Positions 1-19,513 of a stretch of DNA of 64,000 nt are shown here, piece by piece; position 1 is the stretch's first letter, and every line of letters begins with the position of its first letter. The stretch is from positions 19,606,567 through 19,670,566 of the forward strand of contig CM120649.1 of the NCBI GenBank assembly GCA_051362555.1, read 5' to 3'. The position numbers and the translations under genes are program-made. The stretch comes from Lingula anatina (taxonomy: Eukaryota; Animalia; Brachiopoda). Below the pieces are notes generated by a model. The model saw only the letters and a program-made list of their open reading frames with translations. It did no database searches and was not told the DNA's origin.

Positions 1-356
1 AATACCGTGAAAGATAACAAAAATTAGAAGCAAAAAAGTACTTATGGATGCTTATGATTTTAAATTATATCATGAAGGCATTTAGCTCTTCCTTGTATTG
101 TTCAAACCTATGAAAAGTAGAAAAAGGAAAGGAAATCCCTATGTGGGAATTGCTGAAATTCAAAGCATTTTGTTTGCTTTGTTAATAAAGGTGTAAGTGT
201 GTGGATTAAGTTTGCATTAGTTGTGACGCATGACTGTTTCTTTGCAGAAATATTGTGCTTGCTGTGCCCACTGCAATGTTGTTGCCATGGACGTATATGA
301 TTGTGTTAGTTGAGATTCATTACAACAGCAGACTACAATGTGCATCTTGAACATAC

Positions 357-1471
357 TTATAGTGAAACTGGTCCACAGCTGGCGATAGGTGTTTAGGTGA
401 GGTGTCGTTTCCGCACACGTACATATTGCGGTCATTCTCCAACAACATGTCAACATCGTGGAAGATAACGCAGTCAAACCGGTAAGCCTTTCTACATTCT
501 AGAAATGCTGCATTCATTATTCTACCTTTGTTAAATATTCCATTTCCGTACTGAAAACAATGTCAGATAATAAATAAAGAAATAAATAAAGTTAATAAGG
601 CCACACTTTTTTATTTCTATGGATGACATCCTCTGGGGTCCCCGAAATCGGTGCGAGAGGGCAAAAAAAAAAAAAAAAAATGCTGCTTAAGTAAAGGAAT
701 GCTGTCAGTACACAGCTGGAAACACAAATTTACCACAGAAACATGTATCAAACTAACAATATGTCTTCATCCATGCTCTCAAAATATTAAAGCATTGTGA
801 ATACTTCGTAGAAAGGTAAAAAAAAAAGTCAGGAATAGACCGGCCCGTAACCAGGGGGTTCGAAAGAACCACCCCTTTTGCTGGGAAAAGGTCCACTCTG
901 GGTAAAATTTGATCTAGATACATTAAGTTTTTATGGAAAAATGGTCCACTTTTTCAAAAAAAAAAAAAAAAAAAAGAACCTCCCCCTTTTGAAATTGCTG
1001 GCTACGGGTCCATGCCCAATATCAATGGCATAACAATCCAAAACGACGGCCCCGTTCTCTTTATGACTTTATATAATTAATTGTCCTGTAATTTGAAAGT
1101 AATCCTAGAGATGAATTTGAAGGCAAAGCGGCCATATTTCCACGTGGCAGTAATACGCATGCGCAGAAAGCACATTTTCCGGCAAATTCAATAACGACGT
1201 TTGCGACAACCGACTTCGATGGGGGGGGGGGGGGGGGGGGAGATTTTTTTTTTTTTTTTGGAGAACGGACGAAAATCGGTGCGCGCGCAGGATGTCATCC
1301 ATAAAAATAAAAAAGTGTGGCCTAACAATAGATAAATAAATAGTTATCTAGAGTTGAAATCAGTCTGTTGATAAATTAACGGTCCTTTGTAGAATCTTAA
1401 CAACATTCTACCAAGGAATTGTATCGTAGCCTATACTCCCTCTCTCTCTCTCTCTCTCTCGGGCCTATATA

Positions 1472-1530
<59 letters not shown>

Positions 1531-3388
1531 ATAGTCTACGATATAATCCAGGGCCCTGAAGGAATGTTGTTAAAACCTCTAGCAAGCATGACGGTTCACA
1601 TAATTTTTCTTTTCAAAGTCTGTTAATTTTTTAATTCCTACCTGTTCAGTGACCACTACCCTATAATCCAAAAGTTGCCTCTTCAATATGGGATGATAAT
1701 GATGTAGCCACCTCTTGAGGTGATCTAGTCTGTCCCTATAAGGTATAATTATAATCACGCGAGATCTCGCTAAACAGTCACGTGGGGACCAGTGACCTCC
1801 GAGTTCAACATCGTGGTTTTCACCACTAGTTTCTGCCATCCGAACGGGAAACAAGTCAATTTTTAGAGAACCAACTGGAATAGGAAATTGACCAGGGACG
1901 TAAATAATAATAATAATAATAATAATTTACGTTTGTTTTGGACATAGGCGTGTCTGTTCGACGTGAGAATCCGTATGTTTTATCTAGAATACTCTTAAAT
2001 TTTTTTGTCATTAAGCTCTGTAATTTATCTATTCCTAATAATTGAGCTCTTAAGTAATTGTTTTATGTATATGTAAAGTCTTCTGAACATGTTATAATGG
2101 ATTTTAGACTCAAAAATAAATTTATTATTATTTTTTTTTATATAAATCGAATTCCCCTTTCCTTAGACATATCAACTAGAGTTATAATTATATGCTAGGT
2201 ATTAATAGCCAAATTATGTATTAGGGCCTATTTAACAAAACAAAGTTTTTAATCACAGAACTCTCTGTTAAATCTGAAAGCCTATGTTGAAGATATTTAA
2301 TCTCCCATTATCTCTAGGAGATTTTTGAATAACATCTTTATACCGGTACCGTGCCTTTGCCTCGGATTCCTTACAAGTCATCAGAGTCATCAGACGTCTC
2401 TCAATTTTCTTTTAGGTCAATGAAGACAACAGGTGGTACAAATAACATGCTTACGTTGTTAGCATAGGACTTCATCATCAACATTTTTGTCATCCAACGT
2501 CCCTTTTTATTAGTTTTTTTGATTAGTTTTATATTATTATTCAAAAATACTTCTTTGCTGACTTACCTAGTTTTTCAGGAGATTCGGAACACAGAGAACC
2601 ACGTGTTTGTCTCTCTGAAAGGTGGAATTGGACCGTGGTTTGGTTATCCTGAAAAAGTGGTAGCTTCCATTTTAATATGGTTTCATTTTACCATCATTTG
2701 CCATTGTACCGGTAGTAATTATAGGATGTTTTATATGCATTTTATATGCATTAAGCGAAACAGGGCTGAAAACAATACAAGATAAACAAGATACAGGAGG
2801 CACTGTATTTTATCTTATCAAATACACTGTAAAACTTTCAGCCTTCAAACAATACGGATCAACAACTGACTTGGTCTAAAATATCGTTTCAAAGTGTTAA
2901 TTTTACAGAGTTTATGGGACCATTCCCAGACCCTATCGTACTACCAGTGGATCGATGTATCTCCAAGGGGATTCTCGCTAAACTGCAATCAACCTAAGCA
3001 GCTTTGATGTAATTAACTATCGTTTAGCAGCTTCAGTAGGCGTGCCAGACATCTAGTACTTTAGCGAGAAACCCCTTGGAGATGGATCCATCCAGTTAGA
3101 TCGATCTAGGCATGGGAACCAAGTCTATGTTTGCAATCGGGTCTAGAACCACAGAAAATAAATATGTTAGACCTCAAGTCACCCCAGATTGATACTTACG
3201 ACAGCACCAGTAGAGTTTTCAGGATTCGTCACTAGATCCCTTGTATGAAATGACACATTCCCCGTTCCAGTGGCGAGCGGTCTACTCGAGTTACGAGTTT
3301 TATCTTCTAAGTGCACTATAATATACACAGCCACCACTACCTGGCAAGAGAGTAAAATCCGAAAAACGACCCTACTGCAACGCACCAT
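357..3388 (-). CDS. Beta-1,4-galactosyltransferase / beta-1,4-GalNAc-transferase (GT7, B4GALT/bre-4-like), 5' part; continues beyond the left edge
   Basis: Exons 3388-3200, 2648-2567, 1874-1642 and 550-357 join in frame with GT-AG ends. Type II anchor (RILLSCQVVVAVYIIV), stem ending CSESPEKLVG, then GT7 motifs GGHWSPRDC, IIIPYRDR, FNKGRIMNAAF, FDCVIFHDVD and PKHLSPAVDQFHYK. Confidence 0.93.
599..1322. mobile_element. Non-autonomous TIR element (PIF/Harbinger-like MITE) in a B4GALT intron
   Basis: About 35-bp TIRs GGCCACACTTTTTTATTTCTATGGATGACATCC ... GGATGTCATCCATAAAAATAAAAAAGTGTGGCC, flanked by TAA on both sides (596-598, 1323-1325). Confidence 0.8.
841..1010. mobile_element. Small MITE nested in the 599-1322 element
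   Basis: Imperfect TIRs GGCCCGTAACCAG ... CTGGCTACGGGTC; internal duplicated GGTCCACT and AAAGAACC-CCCCC motifs. Confidence 0.5.
1439..1524. repeat. (CT)n + (AT)n compound microsatellite
   Basis: Directly visible dinucleotide runs. Confidence 0.9.
2917..3127. mobile_element. Palindromic non-autonomous element related to the copies at 39896, 40682 and 63870
   Basis: Ends GACCATTCCCA ... TGGGAACCAAGTCTA; internal inverted repeat CTCCAAGGGGATTCTCGCTAA / TTAGCGAGAAACCCCTTGGAG; GATCGATCTA motif shared with the other copies. Confidence 0.6.
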
Positions 3389-6059
3389 TGCTAACTATAG
3401 TCTGAACTGTCTTGGGATTTTCCAGGCCTACGTTTGTGGATATCGAAGGCGTGTAATTCCTGGTGTTTGTTAGTCTAAGAGCCAAGTCCCTTGACGCCTG
3501 ATGTCATAGACGCCTTGTCAATTTTCTATAAGAGTCTATCGCTGTACATAATAACAACGCTAACGCTGCACGGTGCATGTATTTCATGTAGGCCTATTTT
3601 AAAAAATTCACTCGACCATTCTCTTCACACAGTTTTCGTCCTTGATGTTTTATCACAGTTGAAGGTATTGGAATATACTCGACACTGCTCCTTCAAAATC
3701 ACTAAATACTAGACTTAAAGAGATTCTCTTTGCAGGTTAAACTGCGGGTTAACCTATCAAAAATCAGGACGCTTCTCCGTTTGAGCACAACCTGGTCAAT
3801 ACTAGCTTTCAGAGTTTCTGTTTACAGGTAGGCCTACGATTTCCCGGTTTCACGACAAATACGTGCACACATGTCAAAAATTACTACTGTGGCAGAGAGA
3901 AAAATTACGTCCGGAAATCATCCCTGATACTTGCACGCGCTCACCCCTTGTGTTGCAGAAGAAGCGCCATATCAGCACTATCCCGGCTACGTGGCACCAG
4001 TCCCGAGACTTACTCCAGATTGATATACGCTACTACCTGTACGCTTGTTTTCCACGTTGGTTTCTTTCAGAATTTCTTTAGTGAACTTTTAAAATTCGTT
4101 CCATCTACTTTTACTTCACATCGACCAAGGTGGACAGAGAGCTCGTCGAACTGCTGCTACGTCTACAGGAGTTACTGTGTTTCGTGGTGGTATAGCTTTT
4201 CTTTGTAATCATCAGATTTTCCTGTTATCAAATAAATTGAAATCCTGTTTCGCATTAATAATTGGATGCTTCTATTATTTACATACAATTTCCGAGTGGA
4301 CGTATAACTTGTTCACGGAGACTAGCAGGCGCATGGAGTGAACATTTTACCTTTATACGGCAAGCGTTTTAAAAGACATGAAGTCTTTTCTATAGGAAGC
4401 CCTGTATAAAATCGGTAAATAATATCATATAAGACGCCAGGCTGACAGCTGGTTCCTCAGTTGAGAATGGGATAATCAGCAAAACAAACCAATGTCTCTT
4501 CAAATAATTCAGAACCCGCAGTTTCATATAGAATTGTACGATGAAAGATTAACGCGATGGGAAGCGTACGTTTGCAGGCTGCTTTTTGCAAACAGTGTCA
4601 CCATACGTTATAAACTTTGCAGATAGTGTCTGTATTGCGAAAATATCAGATCTGGTCAAAAGGTTTTAGGATCTTGCAGAGTCGTAGGCTAAGGGAGGAT
4701 GGGGGGAGGGGGGGGGGTTACCTCCCCTTCTGCTTTCGAGACATTTGAATATGTTTTTGGGATCGGTCATTATAAGTGCAAGTCCTTTACGTACTTTTTC
4801 CCAGTCCGGTCGTCAGAGGTTTTCCCCCTTTCATCCAGTGAGTGTCTGGATGAGTATTCCGGCTTGCAAGTAGGCTTCCTGGGAGTATTTTTGTAGACCT
4901 TCAAGTGCTCTCCAAGATTGCACTCCCCCCCCCCCCCCCAAATAAATAAATAAATATATATATATATATAAATATATATAAAATAAACAAATAATAATGA
5001 TCAAATGAACAATAAATGAAAAATTAATTCCCAGCCAACGAACCCATTTGTCCAAGAGTGACTGATCATAAGCGTGTAACTGAAGATGGTACATATATCT
5101 AGATACGTAGTCAAACGTCATAATATAATAAATAATATAATAAATTTATGTACATAATATAATAAATTTATGTCCAATATGTAGTCGGGCTATCACAACA
5201 GTGACGCTTTTCCTAGATGGCATTAATATATTAATTTTAATACGGGTTTTATTTCTGAAAAAAAAATTTTGCTTTACATTACACAGAAGTTTTATAAATA
5301 TTTTAAAAGAATACATGTACATACCATTTTAAAGCACATTCAAAACAAACTTAATTTTTTATTGGGAAACTTCAGTAAGGTATAGGTTGATAAAAACAAA
5401 AATTAAACGCTCCTTCACTCAATTTTTCTCACAATCCATGACGTTTAAATAATAAACAGTGAAATGACTGAAACAATATCACAATGTAAAGAACTAAGCC
5501 TAAACTACAACGGGTACACTGCACGAAGAGAGAAAGTCGTGATGACGCGCTTGCAACATGGTAAAGGCATAATCCCACTGGAGCTTTCCCTTGCCACTGG
5601 CTCTGTTGAAGACTGGGTGTCTGTCTGTTTTCTATAAAGTCAAGCTTTCTATTTTTACAGTATAGCCAGTCACTATTAATTTGACCACCAGCAATTGTGA
5701 CAATGTAAAGGCTTACGATGACCAATTTCCCGGGGTCAACTTTTGCCTACCATTGCACAAGTCTGTCTGTCTGCCAGTCAAAGTGGTGTCATAACACCTT
5801 CACAATGTACGGGTATATATGTGGAGTAGACACATACACATAACCCGAGAGGTCATACTATGTTCCATATTAAAACAATTCCACACATGGTACCATAAAG
5901 ATTAATTCTCTCTACTAAAAGTCATCTGGGCGATGGCACCGTTTTTTTAATGTTCTTGCTGAACACAATACTGATAAGTCCAAATAAACTGCCAGAGAAA
6001 TATCTAGTGAAAGGAATTCTCTCTGTAGCCATGGTATATTCCACTCAGTGTCATAAGCA

Positions 6060-6610
6060 AGCCATACCATGGCCATGGCACGCAAGGTACCATGATGCTG
6101 CCATGTGAGTTACCATGGAGATGTCATACACAGTACCTTAAGGATGGCATACTTGTATCATGAATATGTTCTGTAGAGTGTTTTGGAGATGCAATTCACA
6201 GTACAATGAAGATGCCCTGTCAGTTACCATGGATCATGAGCATTCCCTGTAAGGAAGTGCCATACACAGCACCATGAAGATGTCCTGTTACCATGGATAA
6301 GCCATAAAGTTCCCACAGTGTTGGAGATGGCATGCAAGGTTCCATACACGGTACCATTACGATGTCCTATGTTACCATGGAGAAGCCGTAAAGTTACAAT
6401 GAAGACGTCCTGTAAGTTACCAAGGGGATTCCATACACAGTATGTTGGAGATGCTATGCAAGGTCCCATACACGGTGCAATGAAGATATCTTATGTTACC
6501 ATGGAGAAGCTATAAAGTTCCCACGAAGATGTCTTATAAGTTGCGATGGGGATTCCATACACAGTGTTGGCGATGCCATGTAAGGTGCTGTGTTGATGCC
6601 ACACAGTCCA
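6060..6610. repeat. Degenerate tandem minisatellite (units about 50-60 bp)
   Basis: Recurring blocks GTTACCATGGAGATG, CCATACACAGT and ATGAAGATGTCCTGT, about 10 times. Confidence 0.75.
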
Positions 6611-6775
6611 GTCCCACATCCAGTGAAGTGTGAGGCTGTGGACGAATTGCCAGTCTATTATCCAGATGGTCTTCATACTGGCAATGGCCCTGGAACACAT
6701 GACATAACAGTAGTCTGTTAATCGTTTTACCTCTGGAGCTACAACCCATGTTAAATCTGGCCAGTGTCATATACA

Positions 6776-6875
6776 TCCCAGCAGACAATCGACATTGATT
6801 CACCATTGAATCAATGTTAATTTTGGTGGATCAACGTTGAATCAACGTAAAATCAATGTCGTTTGCCTGCTGGGA
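6776..6875. mobile_element. 100-bp hairpin MITE
   Basis: TCCCAGCAGACAATCGACATTGATT ... AATCAATGTCGTTTGCCTGCTGGGA inverted termini; internal TTGAATCAA repeats. Confidence 0.7.
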
Positions 6876-7456
6876 AATAACTATATGCCAGTTTTTTCTT
6901 TTTTTAAATTACATCCAAATTACCACTTGTCCCAATTAATACATGTAATTCACCCCCCTGCCCGGTAATAACAGAGATAAAATCCTTTCAGCATTCCAAA
7001 TTATATGCAATTGTTTCTTTCCTAAAAATCAACCCATTCCCCTATCACATTAAAGTGACAATTGTTTTAAAACATTGAAAATTCAATTCTACTTACAAAT
7101 ACAATACCTTCCAGGTGCAGAATTCTTCTGACCCCTAGAGCATGAAGAGTTCTTTTTCCCATGAAATCTGCCCTCAGAACTAACCTGGGCAGACAGCAGG
7201 TAATAATCCTAAAATTATTAAGATTTTAAATAAACTTTTGACATATTAAAAAACTTTATAATCTATGCAATGGCTTTTATTTTCAAAGTAGCTTTCTGTT
7301 TATCTGATAAGTTAAATTTAAAATTGCACATTATTAAAAAAAGTTACATCATTTTTTTAAAGTCATGGTTATCTGAGTCAATTTGCTACTAGTAGCACAT
7401 GCAAGGTCAAGAAATCTGGGTTTATGAAATACCGAATTTTGTTTATAGAAAAAAAA

Positions 7457-7496
<40 letters not shown>

Positions 7497-10308
7497 AGCC
7501 ATGAAATGGACATGTTACTGGCAAATTGCAGATGTTTGCACATACTCTTCTGCACATCAGGGTATGATATTTCTGGATTCCTCAACTACCCAGAGGTCAT
7601 AAAAAATATAAAGCCAAATGTTTATCTTTACATACTGGTATTGTTCACCATGGGCAGTAGTACAGGTGTCCAAGAATGTACCTTTTATTCAAATTTTCCT
7701 TTTAACAAAATAAAATGAGTGCAAAAAACTTCAGTTTTACTTTTACATGTTAGCATTCTAGCAGAAAAAAAAACTTGGAAAATCATAGATGAATATCTTG
7801 AGATTTTAAAGGTTAAGTGTCATTTTTGGAGTTCAGAATAAAATATAAAAATATTTTGTGTCATTGGTTGTGCTTCATCTCTAGATGTCGTTTGCAAAAT
7901 GGTTTAAAATACATTCTGTCAACACAAGTTATGTTCTGTTAACTTGGTCTTTTGTTAACTGGCTTGGTGAACATATCCAAGCTCATAAAAATCATGCATC
8001 TTTCCTCATGCTGCTCAGTGTTAGATGTGCTTTGTAAAGAGCAATTTTTCAGAGCACATTTTTTCTCTCAAAAGTGCTTTTTGTTTTGTTGAAGCAGATA
8101 ATATATATCCTGAATATAAATATACCTGATCATTTTCTGTTCTCATGTGTGACTGTGCTTATTAAAAATTGTTACAAAAATGTTTGCAAATTGTCAAAAC
8201 ATAGTTTTTAAGTTTGAGATCATCTCAAACATCAACTAAATACCTGTCAATGCTTAGTACCACTCCAAGTGAAAATCACGTTTTTGAAAAGTTTGAACAA
8301 CCATTTTCAAAAGACATTGATACCTTCCTGTGTGAATCTGTTGTCCTTGGATCTAGGGGTGTGGATAAGTTCTTCCTTATGCTTGCTACTGGCTCTGCTG
8401 GTGACTGGATGACTTTGCTTTCTGTCATGTTGACAAAATTTAAAACAAGTATTTGCTGAACATGGGAGAGGGGGGTGTGGGGAACTGTATTTGTCATCTG
8501 TAGAAAGATGTTTGTGATATGTCCAATCACAAACAGTTCTTTGATACATTGGTCCTCTTTCCTTTTTTATTTTCTTTTTGTAAAAATAACATCTTTTATG
8601 TGAGTTGGCTATTCAGTTTAAATATGCATTTTCAGATATCAATCTATCATTTTTATATTTGCAGGCCTTTGATAAATATCCAATGTAAAAACTTCTTTTT
8701 TTATGGGATTTAGTCAAAACCATTTTCATATATCATTTGACTTTTTTCAAGTTCTGTTCCCAGTTGTTCTGATGTACTGTTATCCCATTTTTGACTGACA
8801 ACAGTTTGTATGTATGTGCACATGTTGGGGTTTGAAAATAAATTATGTTCTTAAATAAATTATATTAAAGATAATAATCTACACAATAGCCATTTATCTT
8901 CTTACTTTGGGAATATGGCAAGTGAACAGGGTAAATAATTTAATTACTAGTAGTGACAGGATTAAAAAAAAAATCTTTGCAGAATCATAGTTTTGTTGAC
9001 AATGGTAATATGGTTTCTAGTCAATTGCTATCTTTATCTTTATATGCAGCTTGTGGGCAGCTGCAATCATTACAACATACTGAGAATTGCAGTCAAGTAT
9101 GCAATCATAATTCAGCCATGTCATGGTGATAACAGTCATTTATTACACAATATCCTGGAAAATATATTTGATACAAAAAAGCAAGAAAAGTTGTAGTCAT
9201 TCTGTACAAAAAACTTTCACCCATACACTGAGGGTAAAAGAAAACGAAATTGCGTTTGATAAAATCTTTTGTTTCAAGTTATAAAAACATCTCTGCTTGA
9301 GTTTATTGAAGTCTTCTCTGTAAGTGTTCTAATATGACTAGCTGTATAAAACTGTTAACAACAGGCTGGTTATTGACCCAAACCTGGAACAATGGTAGGA
9401 ATTGGCACCAACATTCAATGAAATTAAAGCAAAATTTTAATTCTGGGCTGGATCAAAACATCCAATGAAATTGAAGCAAGTTATTATATGCTGGGCTGCT
9501 CTCTATGGCCATAATGATCATCAATGACCTTAAAAACATATTGGGAAAATTTTCTTGAAACATATTCACTGTTCTGGTGAATTGTTTGGTTATAAATTCA
9601 ATATTCTTTTTAACATAGAGACAAGTGCCATTTTGCTTCCCTTGCAATGTTGTGAAAATTTGTACTCTTCCATGTGCAACAATGACGTTGAAATATCCAT
9701 TGTTTAAGCTGATTTGATCACTGTTAAGTGTCCATGAGGTACACACATGTGACCATCACTTAGCAGAATTATGCTGTGGATCTTAAACACAACAACCTTT
9801 CAATCTTGGCACCTTGGTATACTGGGGCTCAGTCCAGAAAAAAAAAAAACAAAAATATAAAAAAAAAAACTTAGACTGAGAATTTGCTAGTTGATCATCA
9901 GAACATCAATTAAACACTTATTTTATGAAATATTGTTCCCTGTGGTGACATATTTAAAAACAACACATATAAAAAAAAAAAATACCAAAAACTAGAAAGT
10001 GTTATACATCATCTGGGTATATCCAAAGGCAAGCCTCCTGTGGCTAAGAGCCTCTACTTCAAATTTCAGAATGTGTATATCTACTGCTCTGCTTCTTCAA
10101 CAACTGGCTTTCGTTTTGAAGTTTTACAACAATAACAATGAACTTTTCAGTGTTTTTTTTTTAAATCTTTGATAAGATTTTCATTTCTTTCAAGTGTTGT
10201 TGTTTTGTAGCAGTTTTCATTCCAGGAAGTGTTAATTTTTCTCTCAGCTGTAGAAACATCAGTGGACAACAAACTCCAACTCAAGTCTTTCACCTCATAG
10301 TGCCATAG

Positions 10309-17286
<6,978 letters not shown>

Positions 17287-17552
17287 AGTGCTGACTGTTC
17301 ACGCTAATAAATTTCATAAAAATGTATGTATACACATTATTCGGCATCAGTACCAGTGGAGTTAAGTTATCACTCGTGTCTGCTCAAAATTTTAAATGCC
17401 GGCTCGAAAACGGACAATAAAACGTTTCTAACAACAAAATATATAGCTCTAATGTATGTAAATATGAAAATCTCCAGTAGTAAACTCATAAAATATACAG
17501 AACACACAATATTTTCTGTAAAGAAGCACTAAATGCGTTTAGGACATACTAC

Positions 17553-17600
17553 CTTTGTCTGCTTGATAAAAATGGCGCGTGGGTAGCAGTACCGCACTGA
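17553..17600 (-). promoter_or_regulatory. Probable non-coding first exon / TSS region of RBMX with a YY1-type motif
   Basis: Minus strand reads ACGCGCCATTTTTATCAAGCAGACAAAG|gtagta: a CGCCATTTT core followed by a donor at 17552. Acceptors lie just upstream of the ATG exon. Confidence 0.5.
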
Positions 17601-18255
17601 AGGTGTATATCTAGTTTTATTTGCAAATATGAAATTTAATTCAATACTCTTTATAACTTTATACGTTTTTATTTCAGTGATTCACTATATATTTGCTACA
17701 TTTTGATATTGGAAAATTTGAAAATCATAGAAAAAATCTCAAGGAGAACTGCAGAGCGTTTGACTTCAGACTTGGAAAAGGGGCACGACAGGTCAAAAAC
17801 TGGCGGAAACGGCACCACAGGCCACAAGAAATACTGATAAAATGGCAGCACAGGCCAGTTGCTGATAGGTTGCAGTTCAGATGCCACTTAGCACATTTGA
17901 CCATTTAATTAGTAGCCCTGATAAATGATTAGTAAGTGCACGACTAGTACGTTACTTAGGCTCTCAGAGATTGCCGCGCCGGATGACCTGGGGACATAAA
18001 TGAAATTATAGGCTTTGCTAATAATTTTGAAAAAAGAAATTAAATTATAATGACAATTGTTTGACTGTGTGTGACTGTGAAATGTTTGACGGTGAAAATA
18101 GACAAAATCACAACATGCCAAACCTTTATATACACTGTTCATTGTAAAAGTCTAATATGGCTCTATATACGTAAAACAAAATTACCAGTAGAGCCTAATA
18201 ACAAATACTGATAATTTTATCTTTTGTATTTTTTGCAGATGATCCTGCATTAATA

Positions 18256-18312
18256 ATGGGGCAGATCCAGATATATTTTCTGACAGTCTTCCAAATTATC
18301 TTTGCTGATCCA

Positions 18313-18350
<38 letters not shown>

Positions 18351-18741
18351 GTCTTCCAACAGACGATATTAGATAGGCCCTACCTGTCAACGTAAATTTG
18401 AAAATCTGACCATCTTCTGGAAGACCCAGAAAACAGCCTCAATCTGCCGCTGAGTATTGTCCCACACATCCACACATACAAGAGAAGACCAACATACTTA
18501 ATTAACATCTTCAGCCAATAAGTCGGGCAAAGCAAAAAGAAGACCGAAGTGATGACATTAAATCGACCATCACCAGGGGCGGATTTAGGCCGTCTTCTGG
18601 GTCTTCCGGAAGACGGTCAGATTTTCAAGTTTACATTGACGGGTATCTGTTTTTTTCTGTCGGAAGACGGTCAGAAATGGAGGATGGATCAACAAAGATA
18701 ATTTGGAAGACTGTCAGAAAATATCTCTGGATCCGCCCCTG
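18256..18741. mobile_element. Two inverted copies of a CAGGGGCGGAT-type MITE (about 18256-18452 and about 18573-18741)
   Basis: The second copy has TIRs CAGGGGCGGAT ... ATCCGCCCCTG with ATCAC on both flanks. The first copy is its diverged reverse complement. Confidence 0.75.
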
Positions 18742-19179
18742 ATCACCGCCAGTTAAAGATGTATATTGGTCATCAGTACAATTCTTTAGACCCACAAAAG
18801 CTGGTCTAGGAGAAAAGTTACATAAAATGAATAAATATGCTGAAACCAGTTGTCCTAGTTACAATTTTATATAGTAGAGTGAAATCAGTGATGGCTTCTG
18901 TGAGAAAATACCGTAATACACCACCCCTCCCTCTCTTCTCTAGGATTAAAAAAAATACAATTTTTTCCCATTTACTTGTGCCCCACCACAAGTTTATAAC
19001 ATATAACTCCTTTTTACGCCACAAGACATGTTTCAATAGAGAAAGAAATTGCTCTGATTCATTAGACTGCACACAACAGGAAAATCTGGCCTTCCCCCTA
19101 TACAATTCATTAAAATAATAAGTGACGGTGCCTCAAACCAAATAATAATATTTCACTCAACAAATATATGCATACAAGA

Positions 19180-19469
19180 GCTGGAAGGGAGAGAGGTTTG
19201 CTTACAACAATAAAAAAGAGGCAGTTACTTTTTTTTTGGCATGTGATAAGGAAAGGAGGCTTGGAGTGTTTTAACACTTAAAAATGGTCACTGGGAAAAT
19301 CAAAGGAATGATAGGCAGAGAAAGACCGCCTGTCGGTTTTGTCAAGAGTTTAGGTCTATGGGTGGGTGTGTGCAGTGTGACAATTTTGGGATCATGTAAA
19401 GAAAGGGAGATGTGGAGGTCCATGACGGTCAATGTCCTACAAGGACAAGGTAATGAGAGAGAGAGAGAT

Positions 19470-19512
<43 letters not shown>
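19180..19512 (+). mobile_element. 3' fragment of an RTE-clade LINE with (GA)n tail
   Basis: Translation MVTGKIKGMIGRERPP...CKEREMWRSMTVNVLQGQG aligns with the RTE ORF C-terminus at 27183-27548 and ends in (GA)n. Confidence 0.7.

Positions 19513-19513
<1 letters not shown>

Noticed and set aside
6060-6610. CRISPR-like repeat array
   Set aside because: Units are degenerate and contiguous with no unique spacers, no cas genes are present, and the context is eukaryotic.
17342-17401. Short stem CGGCAT/ATGCCG with a CTGA in RBMX intron 1
   Set aside because: No recognisable C box.
17693-17908. Short ORFs divergent from the RBMX promoter
   Set aside because: No recognisable domain or consistent splice structure.
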